From: Mobula hypostoma
Lineage: Eukaryota
NCBI RefSeq assembly: GCF_963921235.1
Contig: NC_086097.1
Coordinates: 186,374,001 to 186,438,000, forward strand
Reading direction: 5' to 3'
Length of the DNA stretch: 64,000 nucleotides
The translations under genes were made by a program, and so were the position numbers. A model generated the notes under the pieces. That model ran no database searches, was not told the origin of the DNA, and was given only the letters and a program-made list of their open reading frames with translations. Positions 37,701-50,376 of the stretch are shown piece after piece; position 1 is the first letter of the stretch; each line of letters starts with the position of its first letter.

Positions 37701-38380
37701 AATGTGCAGGGGGATCTTGGGGTTCTGTTCACAAGTCCCTGAAAATGACTGCACAGATTAGACCATAAAATTGATAGGATAATGAAGGAGACGAATGAAG
37801 GTATGTTTGTTTTTATAAATTCAGGAATTGAGAAATTATGTTGCATCTTTATAAAACTCTAAGTAGGCCACATCTGGAGTATTGCATTCAATTCTAGTCA
37901 CCCTATTATAGGAAGGATATGGAGTTTGGGAGAGGGTGTAGAGAAAGTTTACCAGGATGATGCCTGGATTAGAGGGCATGCGCCATGAGTCAAGCTTAGA
38001 CAAGCTTGGATTGTTTTCTCTGGAGGAGACTGAGAAGAGACCCGATAGAGGTTTATAAGATTATGAGAGGCATAGACAGTGGTGTCTTTTTCCCCAGATT
38101 TTTGAGAAGTTTAATACTGGAGAGCATGCATTTAAGATGAAGGGGGTAAGTTCAAAGGAGATGTGCAGGGAATGTACTGCCAAGGTTGGTAGCAATGACA
38201 AATATCAGAGAGGCATTTAAGAAACTTATGGATAGGCACATAGATCCGCAGAGAATGGAGGCTTGTGCACATTGTGTAGCCAGAAGGATTAGTTCAATAA
38301 CACGTTTAATTACTAATTTAATTAGTTTGGTACAACATCATGGACCAAAGGGCCTGTTCGTGTACTGTACTGTTCTAAAC
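34800..38380 (+). mobile_element. Older CR1 (about 34800-35185 and 37455-38380) split by a younger antisense CR1
   Basis: KQELGMVNWEQL...YVPVR on the left; VLNEYFVSVF, RPHLEYCIQF and 3' hairpin on the right. Confidence 0.75.
35196..37450 (-). mobile_element. CR1 LINE ORF2 (EN end, RT, C-terminus), frameshifted
   Basis: GNYRPVSLTSVVGK, QHGF, YMDFSKAFDKV, GVPQGSVLGPLLF, KFADD; AGAAACAT tail. Confidence 0.95.
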
Positions 38381-39956
38381 TGTGGAACAGTAGGATCTCC
38401 ACAGTGGACAATCTTTTCATAATTACACAAAAGACATATATTTGAGATATGCTACCAGAGACTCCGTAGTGACTTTCTGTAGATGGCAAACACTGCTGTC
38501 ACAGTATGTCAATAATGGAAACAATGGATATTCGAATTCAGATATTTAATCAAATTACTAAAACAAAGTAATACCAAGAATATTCTGATTCAAAACACAC
38601 ACAACATTCACAGATAACTGAAAATATTGAACTGTGCTGAAATATTTGTTAAAAAGCTTAATTTCACTTTTTCTCTTGTCATCTGTAGGTCTGGAAGGCC
38701 CACGGACATCAAGAGGACTTGCATCCTTTGCTAAATGAACCCAATGCACAATCTGAATGGTGACTCCCCATGTGGCGAAAAGTGACAGTGAAATTGGTAG
38801 ACGCGCCATCATATGTGTTTCATGTCCTGGACTTCCATTCATGAGCACACATAGAGAAATCTGGGGCTTATAATAAATCAACTAGGCTAAACAATTCCAT
38901 TCAGAAGCTCATGTGAAACCCATGAGAAACTCTGATGAAGCAGGAAACAAATAACAGAGCTCTACCACCTGTTGCATAAGAGCCATTTCAAATTTGCATT
39001 TGCATGCTTGAGATTGGTTCCTGACCTTTGAGAATTAGTTTTCTTCCTGGCTTGTGGAGGAAGCAGCAGTGGACCAGTCAGCTTTTGTGCACATAATTAC
39101 TGGGGATGTGATTAATGCTTTTTGGATAAATGGCCATTCATCTGGTGCTAGGCCAGCAGTGAAACTGGTAGTTTGTTCAGACAGATAGGATGACTGCATG
39201 CAAAGCCTAATTCAATCATTATTTGATTTCTACATACTGAGTATTGATGAAAGGATTTCTTCTCTAAGGGTGCTGAGACAAAGATAGGATTTGATTTGTG
39301 ATTTCCAAACAAATTTACTGATTTACAGTTCTTATTGAAATTTAATCAGTTATCTGTTTAATTTGGCAAGGATTTGTAAAATCAAAGCATATATTTAGTA
39401 TAGTAAAACATTGAAAACTGAAGCAAAATCAATACAATATTTGAAAACAAATGGTAAATTAATGAAAACATTTGAAATAAGAACATAAAATAATTAATAT
39501 CATTAATCAAACTTATTTAATGAAAAATAAAAGAAATATAAATGACCTATGGCAATCCTTTGTCTTACAGCTGTTCCTCTCCATTGAAATAAATTAGACT
39601 AACTGTTCCTGCACTAGATTTTAGAAGATCCAGGTAAATCAGAAGATCTAGTTAGGCCAGTTAGTCTAACCTCAGTAGTTGGGAAGATGTTGGAGTCGAT
39701 TGTTAAGAATGTGGCTTCGGGGTACTTGGAGACACATGACAAAATAGGCCAAAATCAGCATGGTTTCCTTACGGGAAAATTTTGCCTGACAAATCTTTTG
39801 GAATTCTTTGAAGAAAGGACAAGCAGGATAGACAAAAGAGGAACAGTAACTGTTGTGTACTTGGATTTTCAGAAGGGCTTTGACAAAGTGCTGCACATGA
39901 GGCTACTCAACAAAATAAGAGCCCATGGTGTTACAGGAAAGATAAAAGCATGAAAG

Positions 39957-40763
39957 GGAACTTATCCGTGTAAGCGGAACAAGTGCTATACATGCCCTTA
40001 CACTTCCTCCCTTACCACCATTCAGGGCCCCAAACAGTCCTTCCAGGTGAGGCATCACTTCACCTGTGAGTCGACTGGGGTGATATACTGCGTCCGGTGC
40101 TCCCGATGTGGCCTTTTATATATTGGCGAGACCCGATGCAGACTGGGAGATCATTTTGCTGAACACCTACGCTCTGTCCGCCAGAGAAAGCAGGATCTCC
40201 CAGTGGCCACACATTTTAATTCCACATCCCATTCCCATTCTGACATGTCTATCCACGGCCTCCTCTACTGTAAAGATGAAGCCACACTCAGGTTGGAGGA
40301 ACAACACCTTATATTCCGTATGGGTAGCCTCCAACCTGATGGCATGAACATTGACTTCTCTAACTTCCGCTAGGCCCCACCTCCTCCTCGTACCCCATCT
40401 GTTACTCTTTTTTATGCACACATTCTTTCTCTCACTCTCCTTTTTCTCCCTCTGTCCCTCTGAATATACCTCTTGCCCATCCTCTGGGTCACCCCCCCGT
40501 CTTTCTTCCCGGACCTCCTGTCCCATGATCCTCTCGTATCCCCTTTTGCCTATCACCTGTCCAGCTCTCGGCTCTATCCCTCCCCCTCCTGTCTTCTCCT
40601 ATCATTTTGCATCTCCCCCTCCCCCTCCAGCTTTCAAATCCCTTACTCACTCTTCCTTCAGTTAGTCCTGACGAAGGGTCTCGGCCTGAAACGTCGACTG
40701 CGCCTCTTCCTATAGATGCTGCTTGGCCTGCTGCGTTCACCAGCAACTTTGATGTGTGTTGCT
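39957..40763 (+). mobile_element. Penelope-like element 3' part: uninterrupted GIY-YIG endonuclease frame (39957-40373) plus pLTR
   Basis: GTYPCKRNKCYTC...HFTCESTGVIYCVRCSRCGLLYIGETRCRLGDHFAEH...QPDGMNIDF*; possible 8-bp TSD AAAGGGAA. Confidence 0.93.
40664..40699 (+). ncRNA. Minimal type I hammerhead ribozyme motif, intact core
   Basis: AGTCCTGACGAAGGGTCTCGGCCTGAAACGTCGACT, identical to 4382-4417. Confidence 0.8.
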
Positions 40764-43299
40764 TAAAGGGAAATTGCTGACTGATTTTCAGAAGGCCTTT
40801 GATAAGGTGTCACACTTGAAGCTGCACATGAGGGTAAGTGCCCAGGGTATTACAGGAAAGATACTAGCATGGATAGAGCAGTGGCTGATTGGCAGGAGGT
40901 AAAGACTGGGAATAATTTCGGATTTGCTGTGATTGCCTAGAGGTGTTCCATAGGGATCTGTGTTGGGACCGCTTCTTTTTACATTGTATGTCTGCAATTT
41001 GGATGAGGGAATTGATGGCTTTGTGGTCACATTTGTGGCTGGTATGAAGATAAGTGCAGGGTCAGGTAGTGTAGAGGAAGCAGAGAGGCTGCAGAAGGAC
41101 TTAAACAAATTATGAGAATGGGAAACAAAGTGGTAGATGGAATGCAACATTGGGAAGTGTATGGTCATGCACTTTGGTAGAAAGAGTAAAAGAAAATTCA
41201 AAAATCTGAAGTGCAAAAGGGATTTAGGAATTTTCATTTCCTAAAGTTTAATTTGCAGGTTAAATCTCTGGTGAGGAAGCCAAATGTAATGTTAGCAGCC
41301 ATTTCAAGAGGACTAGAATATAAAAGCAAGGATGTAATGCTGAGGCTGTATAAGGCACTGCTGAGGCCTTGCTTTGAGGACTGTGAGCAGTTTTGTGCCT
41401 CTTATTTAAGAAAGGATGTGCTGACGTTGACATTGGAAAGGGTTCAGGGGAGGTTCATGAGAATGATTCCAGAAATGAAAGGGTTAACATATGAGCTGCA
41501 ATTGTAGGGTCTGGACTGTACTTGTTGGAATGAGGGGGGAATCTTATTGAAACCTGTCAAATGTTGAAAGGCCCAGATAGAGTGGATGTGAAAACTTTGT
41601 TTCTTTGGTGGGGAGTCTAGGGCAGCCTTAAAATAGAGGGACATCCACTTAGAACAGAAATGAAGAGGAATTTCTTTGGCTAGAGGGTGTTGATTCTGTG
41701 GAATTCATTGTCACAGTTGGCTGTGGAGGCCAGGTGACTGGGTGAATTTAAGGTGGAAGTTGATAGGTTCCTGATTAGTTAGGGCTTGAAAGGATATAGA
41801 TATAGGATACATCTAAGATGTAGATTCACAGTGTAGTGCAAACATTTACAACTAATATATACTTTGTTGCTAGCAACTTACAAAATCACAACGAAGTATG
41901 GCCCACACATTTAGGATATCTATGTTGGTGCAGGAATCCAAATTTGATGGTACTCCAACAGAAAGTTGTCAGTAGTTTAGCAGAGAAGTTTTGGTATTTC
42001 CCAACATTTTTTGACTGAATTAAATTGACAAAACATTTTTATTTTTGAGTGAAGTTTTGGTAACAAGAGTTTGAAAACTGCTAATTACTTTTAACAGTCT
42101 ATGTTATTAAAAAAGTAGGAAATAACCTTTCTCCTTATTTAAATGGAATATAGTAATGCCAATTCACAGTCAAGCAATCTGACTCTGATTGGTACTGTTC
42201 ATTTTGCAGATGTTGTTTTCTTCTCCTCACATCATAGATGCAGCTGGTCTTGGGGCCGTTTCCATTTTGATGAAACATCTGAACTATTTGAGAAGATCAG
42301 TGGGATTTTGATCAATGCTTTCCGTCATGCTGTGTGCACATTTCAAAATACCATTTCATTAAATAAAGAACAGTTGATATGAGTGATTTGTGGAGATCTA
42401 AATAAAAGCGGTACTCATCTTAATGCAGCACAACCATTTCATTATCTGTAAACATGCCAAGAGTGTCACCATTCCCTATATTATTCTTTGATTAATTGAA
42501 GGCTGCTTTGGTAAGCAAACAGGCCTATTCAGAAGACTTAACTTTCCAATGTCCATTATCATTTCTGCCCTTCCAGTGATTTGTATTTGATTTCATGCTG
42601 TAGCCTATTTGGATTCCGCTTTGGATGCATTTTGCTTCCTGACCATGCCTTGAATCTCCGAAGGATGATCCAAGGAAAATTCACAGAATTTATGTGAGCT
42701 CAACTTTATCCTCTCAGGAATGCCAAATTTGAATATCTTCAGATTTAAAAAAAACTAATTTTATGTATGGGCATAAATGGATTTCTATTGTTGTGGGAGA
42801 GTTTATTAAATAATATTTATTAAACAGAGTTTATTAACAAATTTCGTGTTACATGCCATTGATAATAAACCTGATTCGGATTCTAATATTCCTACTTAGA
42901 CTTGTTTTTTCCTTGGTAAAATGATATGGCACATTTTACCATGATTAACTATGCACTAATGTGGCTATAAAGTTAATACACAAGTACTATAAAACAAAAT
43001 GCATAAACTGTTACTTTACAGACTGATTATCAGTACATGTTTAAAATCGGTATACCAGGCAGTACAACTTCTGATGCATTATCATAACAGAAACTGCTGT
43101 GAAGAGTATACTGCCTTCTTTTATAGCACGACCTGTATTATTTGCCTTAGTAGCAATACAAACGAGTCTAGAGACACTACAATGGCAACGAGGATGTGAT
43201 GTTGCTGCTTGAGGGAACAGCAGGATAGTGATCCAGCATGGCTAATAAAGGTAGAACTCTATAGCTAGAATAGAAATGATAGCAGGCATTGAAAAGAAA

Positions 43300-44460
43300 C
43301 AGAATTAAGTATGAAATGAAATACACAAAAAGTGCAGTGAAGATTAATGATAGACCAGAGGATTGGGAATTGTAACAGACAGAATATTATAGTAAATTAG
43401 CAAAGCGATGATAAGATGCTCGGCAGGAATATAAAAAGGAAGAGAGTAGCTATAGCAACCATTGGTCCCTTAGAAGATGAGAATGGGAAACTCATACTGA
43501 GAAATAGAGAAATGGTGGCAATTCTAAATATTCAGTGTTCAGTTGCAGTACACTCTGTCCCTTCAACGAAGTCAAAGTTAAAGTTAAAGTTACAGACAGT
43601 ATTTCACATAGGATAATGGGCAATTGGAACAAGGAATATGGAGCGTAAAACATTTAACAGTACAGCGCAGGAATAGGTCTTTCAGCCCGGAATAAATGTG
43701 CCAATTTAAACTGCACATTAACCCGCACATGGCCTATATCCCTCTGATCTTTGCTGAGTTATGTGTCTGTTTAAATGCCTCTTAATTTCCTCTATCTTTT
43801 CTGCCTCCAGCACCACATCCGTCAGTGTATTCCAAGCACCTGCCGCTCTGCATGTAAAAAACTTGCCTCAAATTTCCTTTAAAAATTCCCTCTCTTACTT
43901 TAAACTTAAGTCTTCTAAGCCTCTCATCATTTTAAGTATTTCTCACAGGTCATGGCTTAGCATCCAGTGCTTCAGAGAAAACAAACTAAATTTGTCAATA
44001 TCCACTTCCAGATAATAACCTCCAACTATCTTGCTGTACAACAGAGCTTGTTGGGATGTCACTAATCTGGCTGCTGCTGACATCTTCCCTGAAACACCAT
44101 TCACCTCAACAATGTCAAAAACTGCATACTTGTTTGAGAGGGGAACAGCCACAGGAGAATCCTATCCGATCTACCTTTGCTTCCTAGTGGCTATTGATTT
44201 ATCTGAATGAACATTTGCTGTGATGAGCTCCGGAAACTCCTATCTATAATGCTCTCTGCTTTATGTATATTCCTCAGTGAGTCTAACTGTCGTGGTCTGA
44301 GAGGAGCTGCGGTTGGACTCACTTCCTGCAGACAAGGCCATCAGGGACACCAGACTGCTCCCTGATCTTCCACACCCAAGGAAGACTATACCAGTCCATC
44401 GACTGCCACAGTGAAAAATCTTACCTTGACTCACCCTGTTGCTCACCATCCTCACCAAAG
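43300..44460. mobile_element. Cluster of old CR1 fragments on both strands
   Basis: IGPLEDENGKLI (+), 3' end (-, about 43640-44000), ORF1-like VPLSNKYAVFD (-). Confidence 0.55.
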
Positions 44461-44580
44461 CCTACACTTTGAACTGAACAACACTTTGAACCTTACACAT
44501 TGGCACAATTTGCCATGAACAAAGAATTTTAAGAGAGGTGTTAGGTCAACGTATCATAAATTATAATAATAATGTACTAA

Positions 44581-44841
44581 GTTTGTAGATCGTATCCGGA
44601 ATTTTTCCGGGTAGCGGACGACTTCCTCCCACACCGTTCTGACGTAGTTGGAATTCGCGTATGAGGCAAGTTACAGCAGTGCTTTGCCATTGCCTTCTGC
44701 CGGGTGAGTTTTTTTTCAAGGAGATCACCAGCTCTTAAGCCCGCACGGATGGAAAGTGTGCCGGGGAGAGCTGGCTGGGTTTGAACTTTGGAACCTCCAC
44801 TCCGCAGTCTAGCGCTGAGATCACTACACCACCAACCGGCT
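44581..44841 (-). mobile_element. tRNA-derived SINE with an RTE/BovB-like segment
   Basis: Minus strand: A box TGGTGTAGTG, B box GTTCAAACC, core CTTTCCATCCGTGC, then GAAGGCAATGGCAAAGCACT. Confidence 0.75.
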
Positions 44842-45059
44842 ATAAAGGGATGCATAAAAACTATTTTTTCACAAATTAAGTAGTGAACAATCAATTAAAA
44901 TCTTACTCTCAGAGACCAAAGCAAACAAGGTTTAATGTTCTGTTGGTTGAGTTGCTGGCAAATATCATACTGCTATTCAAGGCAGAAAGAAAATAGAAAG
45001 CAAGAAACAATGCATCTTTTATTGGGAAGATGTAATATGAGATAATAGAATGCCATGCA

Positions 45060-45520
45060 GTGGACTCCGCCCAATACAGGACAGACACCACATCCCTTCC
45101 CACCATCCATCGTCACAGATCCCAAACATCTAGGATATGCCATCTTTTCTCAGCTATCATTGGGCAGAAAGTACAGAAATCTATTGTCCCACACCACCAG
45201 GTTTAAGAACAACTATATTCCTTCAACCATTCCATTCTTCAACCATCTGACAAAACCCTAATCACCACTGCAGTTTAGCAACACAGTGACCATTCTGATC
45301 ACTTTGCACTAAAATTAACTTTGTTTTCTTTTGTTCTAATGATGTGTGTTTTTTTTTCTTGTAAACATGTATTCTTTATCTGTAATTTATGTTTTTCTTG
45401 TGAATATTGTTTATATGATGCTATGTGGCTGTGATGCTGCTGCAAATAAGTTTTTCATTGCACCTGTGCACAGGTACTGTGCAGATGACAATGAACTTGT
45501 CTTTGACTTTAACTTTGACA
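45060..45520 (+). mobile_element. Rex1/Babar 3' fragment
   Basis: LGRKYRNLLSHTTRFKNNYIP and a TTTGAC repeat tail. Confidence 0.7.
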
Positions 45521-45544
45521 ATTGGAAAATATAAGCAGTGTATA

Positions 45545-47940
45545 CACTGCTGGGTTTTATGAAAGGAAAATTGTATTTGACAAATTTGCTAGACTTCTTT
45601 GAAGATGTAACAAACAAGATTAATTATAATGGCCAATAGATGTGGTGTATTTAGTTTAACCCAGAGAGGTACTTAATAAGGTGTCACATAAAAACCAACT
45701 GAACAATTTAAGAATACACTGGATTGGAGGTAATATATAGACATGGATAGAGAAATGACAAACAAACAAAATGGTGCAGCAATAAATGGGTCACATTTGG
45801 GCAGTCTCTAACTAATGGGTTGGCACAGAGAGCAGTGCTGGGATCTCAACTATTAATTAGCTGCATTAATTAAGTGACCAAGTATACTGCAGCCAATTTT
45901 TTTGATAATAGAAATGTGGGTGGGTTGGCAAACTGTGAGAAGGAGACAAGGGATCTGTTGGGGGATAAAGATACAGTCGGTTAAATGGCTGGGCACCTAG
46001 TTGTTGGATCAGATATAATGCAGGAAAATATGAGGTTATCCACTTTGCTGGAAAGACTGAGAAAACAATCATTATTCAAATGGCAAGAAACTACAAAATG
46101 ATGAAGTACAACGAGATCTGGAAAACACTAAAAGGCACTGTCAGGATTCAGAAAGTCTGAAGGAATGTTGTCCTTTACTAAAAGGGGTACAAAGTATAAA
46201 ATCCAGAATGTTTTGGTACAACTTTACAGTGTGCTTGTAAAACAGCAACTCTACTACAGTATCCTAATGAAGGGTCTCGGCCTGAAATGTCGACTACTCG
46301 TTTTCATAGATGCTGCCTGGCCTGCTGAGTTCCTCCAATATTCTGTGTGCATTGTTTGGATTTCCAGTATCTGCAGATTTTTTTGTATTTGTGTCTCTAC
46401 TACAGCATCAGTTTTGGTCTTCATATTTAAGCAATGATTTGCTTGCATTGGAATCATTGCCGAGAGCATTCAATCGGATGATTTCTGAGATGAAGCAATT
46501 GATGTAAGAAAATACATTGAACATGTTGTGCTTATTTTTTGAGTATTGAAAAGTGAAAGATGATCTTATTGAAATATACAGTATGTGATTTTGAGGGAGA
46601 CTGACAGGATGGAAATTGTGAAGGTACCTCTGCTAAAGGAATTGTTCAGAACTAAGGAGCATAATTTCAGAATAAAAGGGCCACCCATTTAAACAAGGAT
46701 GAAGAGAAAAGGTGTGAATTTCTTGAATTCTCTATTCTTGTCATGGTCTGGTCCATGAAATCTGCATTCCGGTTCACCGTCTGGTCCGTGGACTCCGGAC
46801 TCCGGGTCTTCAGGCTGTCCCTTATTTCACTTGGGCTTAATCATAGGCACCTGATGCTTGTCTTGGGGCTGGAAATATAAGTGGCCCTGGATTTGAGCAT
46901 GGCTGCTGGTTTGTCTTGTTGGTATCCCCTTGAAGCAACCTGCTGGTGGAAGGCTAGGAACAGCCATTTGTGATCTCTAGGCCTAGTTGGAGGACCACTG
47001 CTTCATGAAGCCTTGCTGTCTCTTGTCATTGTGGTATGGATTTGGCTGTTTCTTGGGCCAGATGAGTGGCTGTCTGCCAGCCACTCTGAGCTAGATATGG
47101 ATTTAGTTGTTTCTGTGGTCAGCAAAGGTTGCTGGCTACCCTGAGACTTGGAGCCACCCTGGTTTGAGCTCCCTTCCTGTCCTTGCCTCTGTGGGGTAAG
47201 TCAGGCTGTCCTTGCTGTTACCCTGTGGTTGGATCTGTCCCTTCCTGTCCTTGCCTCTAGTGGGTAAGCCAGGCTGTCTTTGCTGTTACCCTGAGACTGT
47301 ACTGTTCCCTTCCCCTCTCCATCTGAATTCCTGACAGTTTCCTCTGTGGTTTACTTTGGCAGTCATCCTGGCCCTGTGTCCTAGAAAGGATCCTGGCCCT
47401 GTGTCCTAGAAAGGATCCTGGCCCTGTGTTCCAAGAAGAGTTCCTTGTCCTGTAGCCAAGCCTCGAAGAACCCAAGCCTTGCCTAGTCCTGTACCCAAGC
47501 CTCAAAGAACCCAAGCCATATCCAATCCTGTGGCCATGTCATGTCCTTGCCTAGTTCTGGGGTCTGAGCCAGAGTCAAGACCCAGGTTCTGGGTCCTTGT
47601 CCAGTCTCTGGCTTGGAGTCCAAACCTAGGCTCCTAGTTCCCAGTTCACTGTCCTGGTCCTGCCTTCCCAGCCAAAGTCCTAGTCTTGTCTGTGTCCAGT
47701 CCTGTCCCTAACTCTAGTCCAGTCCAGTTCCCAGTACTTCAGTGTCTTTGTCTTGCATTTGGGTCTGCCTTCAATGCCCACCGTATGACAATTCTAAAGA
47801 CAAATGGAGGCAGAGCCATTGAATTATACAGTATTGCAGCATATAAAGAGATTGACAGACATGCGCTCTCCAAGGAATCATGTGCTATAAGCAGGAAGAT
47901 AGAAGATAGTGTCACTTTTTGTGCAGCTTAGATGGGAATC
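45545..47940 (+). mobile_element. Old CR1 RT-3' region carrying a nested Penelope remnant (about 46258-46395) and a solo LTR
   Basis: GFMKGKLYLTNLLDFFEDVT, KYEVIHFAGK; degenerate hammerhead CTAATGAAGGGTCTCGGCCTGAAATGTCGACT. Confidence 0.7.
46739..47790. repeat. 1052-bp solo LTR with internal tandem repeats
   Basis: TGTCAT...ATGACA inverted termini, perfect 5-bp TSD ATTCT (46734-46738, 47791-47795). Confidence 0.88.
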
Positions 47941-48139
47941 ATCAAATATTCCCATTTAGGACTACTGCAGCTGAAATCCACAGACACAGCCATGGGTACT
48001 TCAGCAAGCAGCAGCACCTTAAGACATTTATAAAATCTATTGATCAAAATCAGCAGACCTGGGGTCACAAGTGCAGTTCCCCTTTAAGAAAGCAGAAGCA
48101 GGAAGTTGCGCCGTCTACAGGTATGATTGAAATGCAAAG

Positions 48140-50375
48140 GCTTTAGTCCTTGGTTCCTGACTGTCCTGCTGGTGAATGTACAGTCTCTTGAAAATAAAAC
48201 TGAAGACCTCTGAGCAAGATTACAGTATCAAAGGAACATCATGAACTGTTGTGTATTTAACTTCATGGAAACATGGCTAACCTCCATCATTTCAGATGCA
48301 AGCTGCAGCCTGGTGGCTTCACCATTCTCTGCAAAGACATGACATCTCAGTCTTTTAAAGGTAGAGGAGGTGGAGTATGCTTTAAGCTTAACTCATCATG
48401 GTGTGTAGACGTAATGGTTCTGTCTCAGTCCTGTTCACCCAACCTGGAACATCTAGTGGTCAGATGTTGGCCATTTCGAAGTTCAAAGTAAATTTTATTA
48501 GCGAAATACATATGTCACCATATACAATGCAAAGATTCATTTTCTTCTGGGCATACTCAGCAAATCTACAGTGGCATGCAAAAGTTTGGGCACTCCAGGT
48601 CAAAACTTCTGTTACTGTGAATAGCTAAGCGAGTAAAAGATGAACTGATTTCCAAAAGGCATAAAGTTAAAGATGACACATTTCTTTAATATTTTAAGCA
48701 AGAAAACTTTTTTATTTCCATCTTTTACGGTTTCAAAATAACAAAAAAGGAAAAGGGCTGAAGCAAAAGTTTGGGCACCCTGCATGGCAGTACTTAATAA
48801 CACCCCTTTGGCAAGTATCACAGCTTGTAAATGCTTTCTGTAGCCAGCTAAGAGTCTTTCAATTCTTGTTTGGGGGATTTTCACCCATTCTTCCTTGCAA
48901 AAGGCTTCTAGTTCTGAGATTCTTGGGCCGTCTTGCATGCACTGCTCTTTTGAGGTCTATCCACAGATTCTTGATGATGTCTAGGTCAGGGGACTGTGAG
49001 GACCATGGAAAAACCTTCAGCTTTTACCTCTTGAGGTAGTCCGTTTATGGATTTTGAGTTTTGTTTAGGTTCATTATCCTGTTGTAATAGTCATCCTCTT
49101 TTCATCTTTGGCTTTTTTACAGATGGTGTGACGTTTGCTTCCAGAATTTGCTGGTATTTAATTGAATTCATTTTTCCCTCTACCATTAAATGTTGCCTGT
49201 GCCACTGGCTGCAACTCAAGCCCAAAGCATGATCGATCCACCTCTGTGCTTAACAGTTGGAGAGGGGTTCTTTTCATGAAATTCACCACCCTTTGTTTTT
49301 CTCCAAACATACCTTTGCTCATTGTAGCCAAAAAGTTCTATTTTAACTTCATCAGTCCACAGGACTTGTTTCCAAAATGCATCAGGCTTACTTAGATGTT
49401 CCTTTGAACCTTTCAAATAGGTCTTTAATACATCTGCCAAGAGTTTTCTGCCATTATCCTGGTGGTTGTGGTGTACATTCCAACTCAGGGCAGTGTTAAA
49501 CAGGCACTGGACGAGCTGAGCCCTGTGATCAGCAGTCACCAAACAGCGCACCCAGATGCCTTCCCTATCATTGCAGGAGATTTCATCCTGGCCAACTTGA
49601 AGTAGTCTCTGAAGAACCACTGTATCATCAAAGTAACACTTGTGGAACCTGGGGAGGCAACACACTTGACCTCTGTTATACCACCATCGTGAATGCTTAT
49701 TGTGCCATCCCACGCCCACATTTTGGAAAGTCCGATCACCTGGCTATACTTTTACTGCCAGTGAACTGGCAGAGGCAAAGGACCACAGTATCAGTGGTGA
49801 GGACCAAGAACATATGGTCAAGGAAGTGGAGGAGCACCTACAGGACTGCTTTGAGTCAGTGGACTGGACAATATTCAGGTACTTGTTTTTAGGTTGGCAT
49901 GATTGATGTCATCAGCAACATTGAAGACACCATCGGGGTGAGTGGCTTTGAGGTTGCAGATGGCACTGTACTTCCTCAGAATTAGGACAGGGGATGTAAA
50001 ACTGTATTTAAAAACTGTATCTGCAGTGAGCAGTGGGCCAATACTGCTGAGATATTCACACACTGATTCTTTGCATAGACACACTGATCTCATTTATGGT
50101 TTTGCCAGAGTTTGTAGCATTTGTATTCACCTGAAAAGAGATTAGGCTTTCTAGCTGGATGGCTGAGTCTGGAGTGGTATCCTGGAGCCATGTTTCTGTC
50201 AGGACAATTATGTAGCAGTCCCTCATCTCCCACTGATTCAGGTGCAGACACAGATAATCCATTTTATTTTATAGCAATTGAATTTTAATGAGTAGAATAA
50301 TTGGAATTGCTGGCCTGCAGGTATCTGCTTTAAGTCTCACTTGAATACTGGCACATTTACCGCACTTCTGTGTTC
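48140..50375. mobile_element. Rex1/Babar endonuclease-region fragments (+ about 48140-48475 and 49410-49880; - about 49950-50375)
   Basis: NVQSLENK, GRGGGVCF, IIAGDF, PHFGKSDHLAI on plus; IIVLTETWLQD on minus. Confidence 0.75.
48569..49405 (-). mobile_element. Tc1-family DNA transposon, 3' half with IR/DR end
   Basis: TA-CAGTGGCATGCAAAAGTTTGGGCAC terminus with inner repeat at 48763-48780; transposase WKQVLWTDEVKIELFG, TVKHRGGSIMLW, QQDNEPK, WSSQSPDL, EEWVKIP. Confidence 0.92.
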
Positions 50376-50376
50376 T

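Larger units (their letters stand above)
39645..41810 (+). mobile_element. CR1 RT to 3' region, interrupted by a Penelope element, with about 90 bp duplicated across the junction
   Basis: QHGFLTGKFCLTNLLEFFE, YLDFQKGFDKV; GATTTTCAGAAGG..TTTGA region at both about 39865 and 40783. Confidence 0.85.

Noticed and set aside
42143..42382. 79-aa ORF with nearby AG acceptors in unique sequence
   Set aside because: No recognisable homology and no convincing donor site.
44770..44841. tRNA-like sequences here and at 58375-58445
   Set aside because: They are SINE heads followed by core and tail; there is no clean cloverleaf or terminator.
47170..47520. Repeat units resembling a CRISPR array
   Set aside because: Tandem duplications without unique spacers, inside an LTR in eukaryotic DNA.
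49216..49719. 167-aa ORF suggesting a novel transposase fusion
   Set aside because: Chance read-through from antisense Rex1 sequence into a truncated Tc1 transposase.
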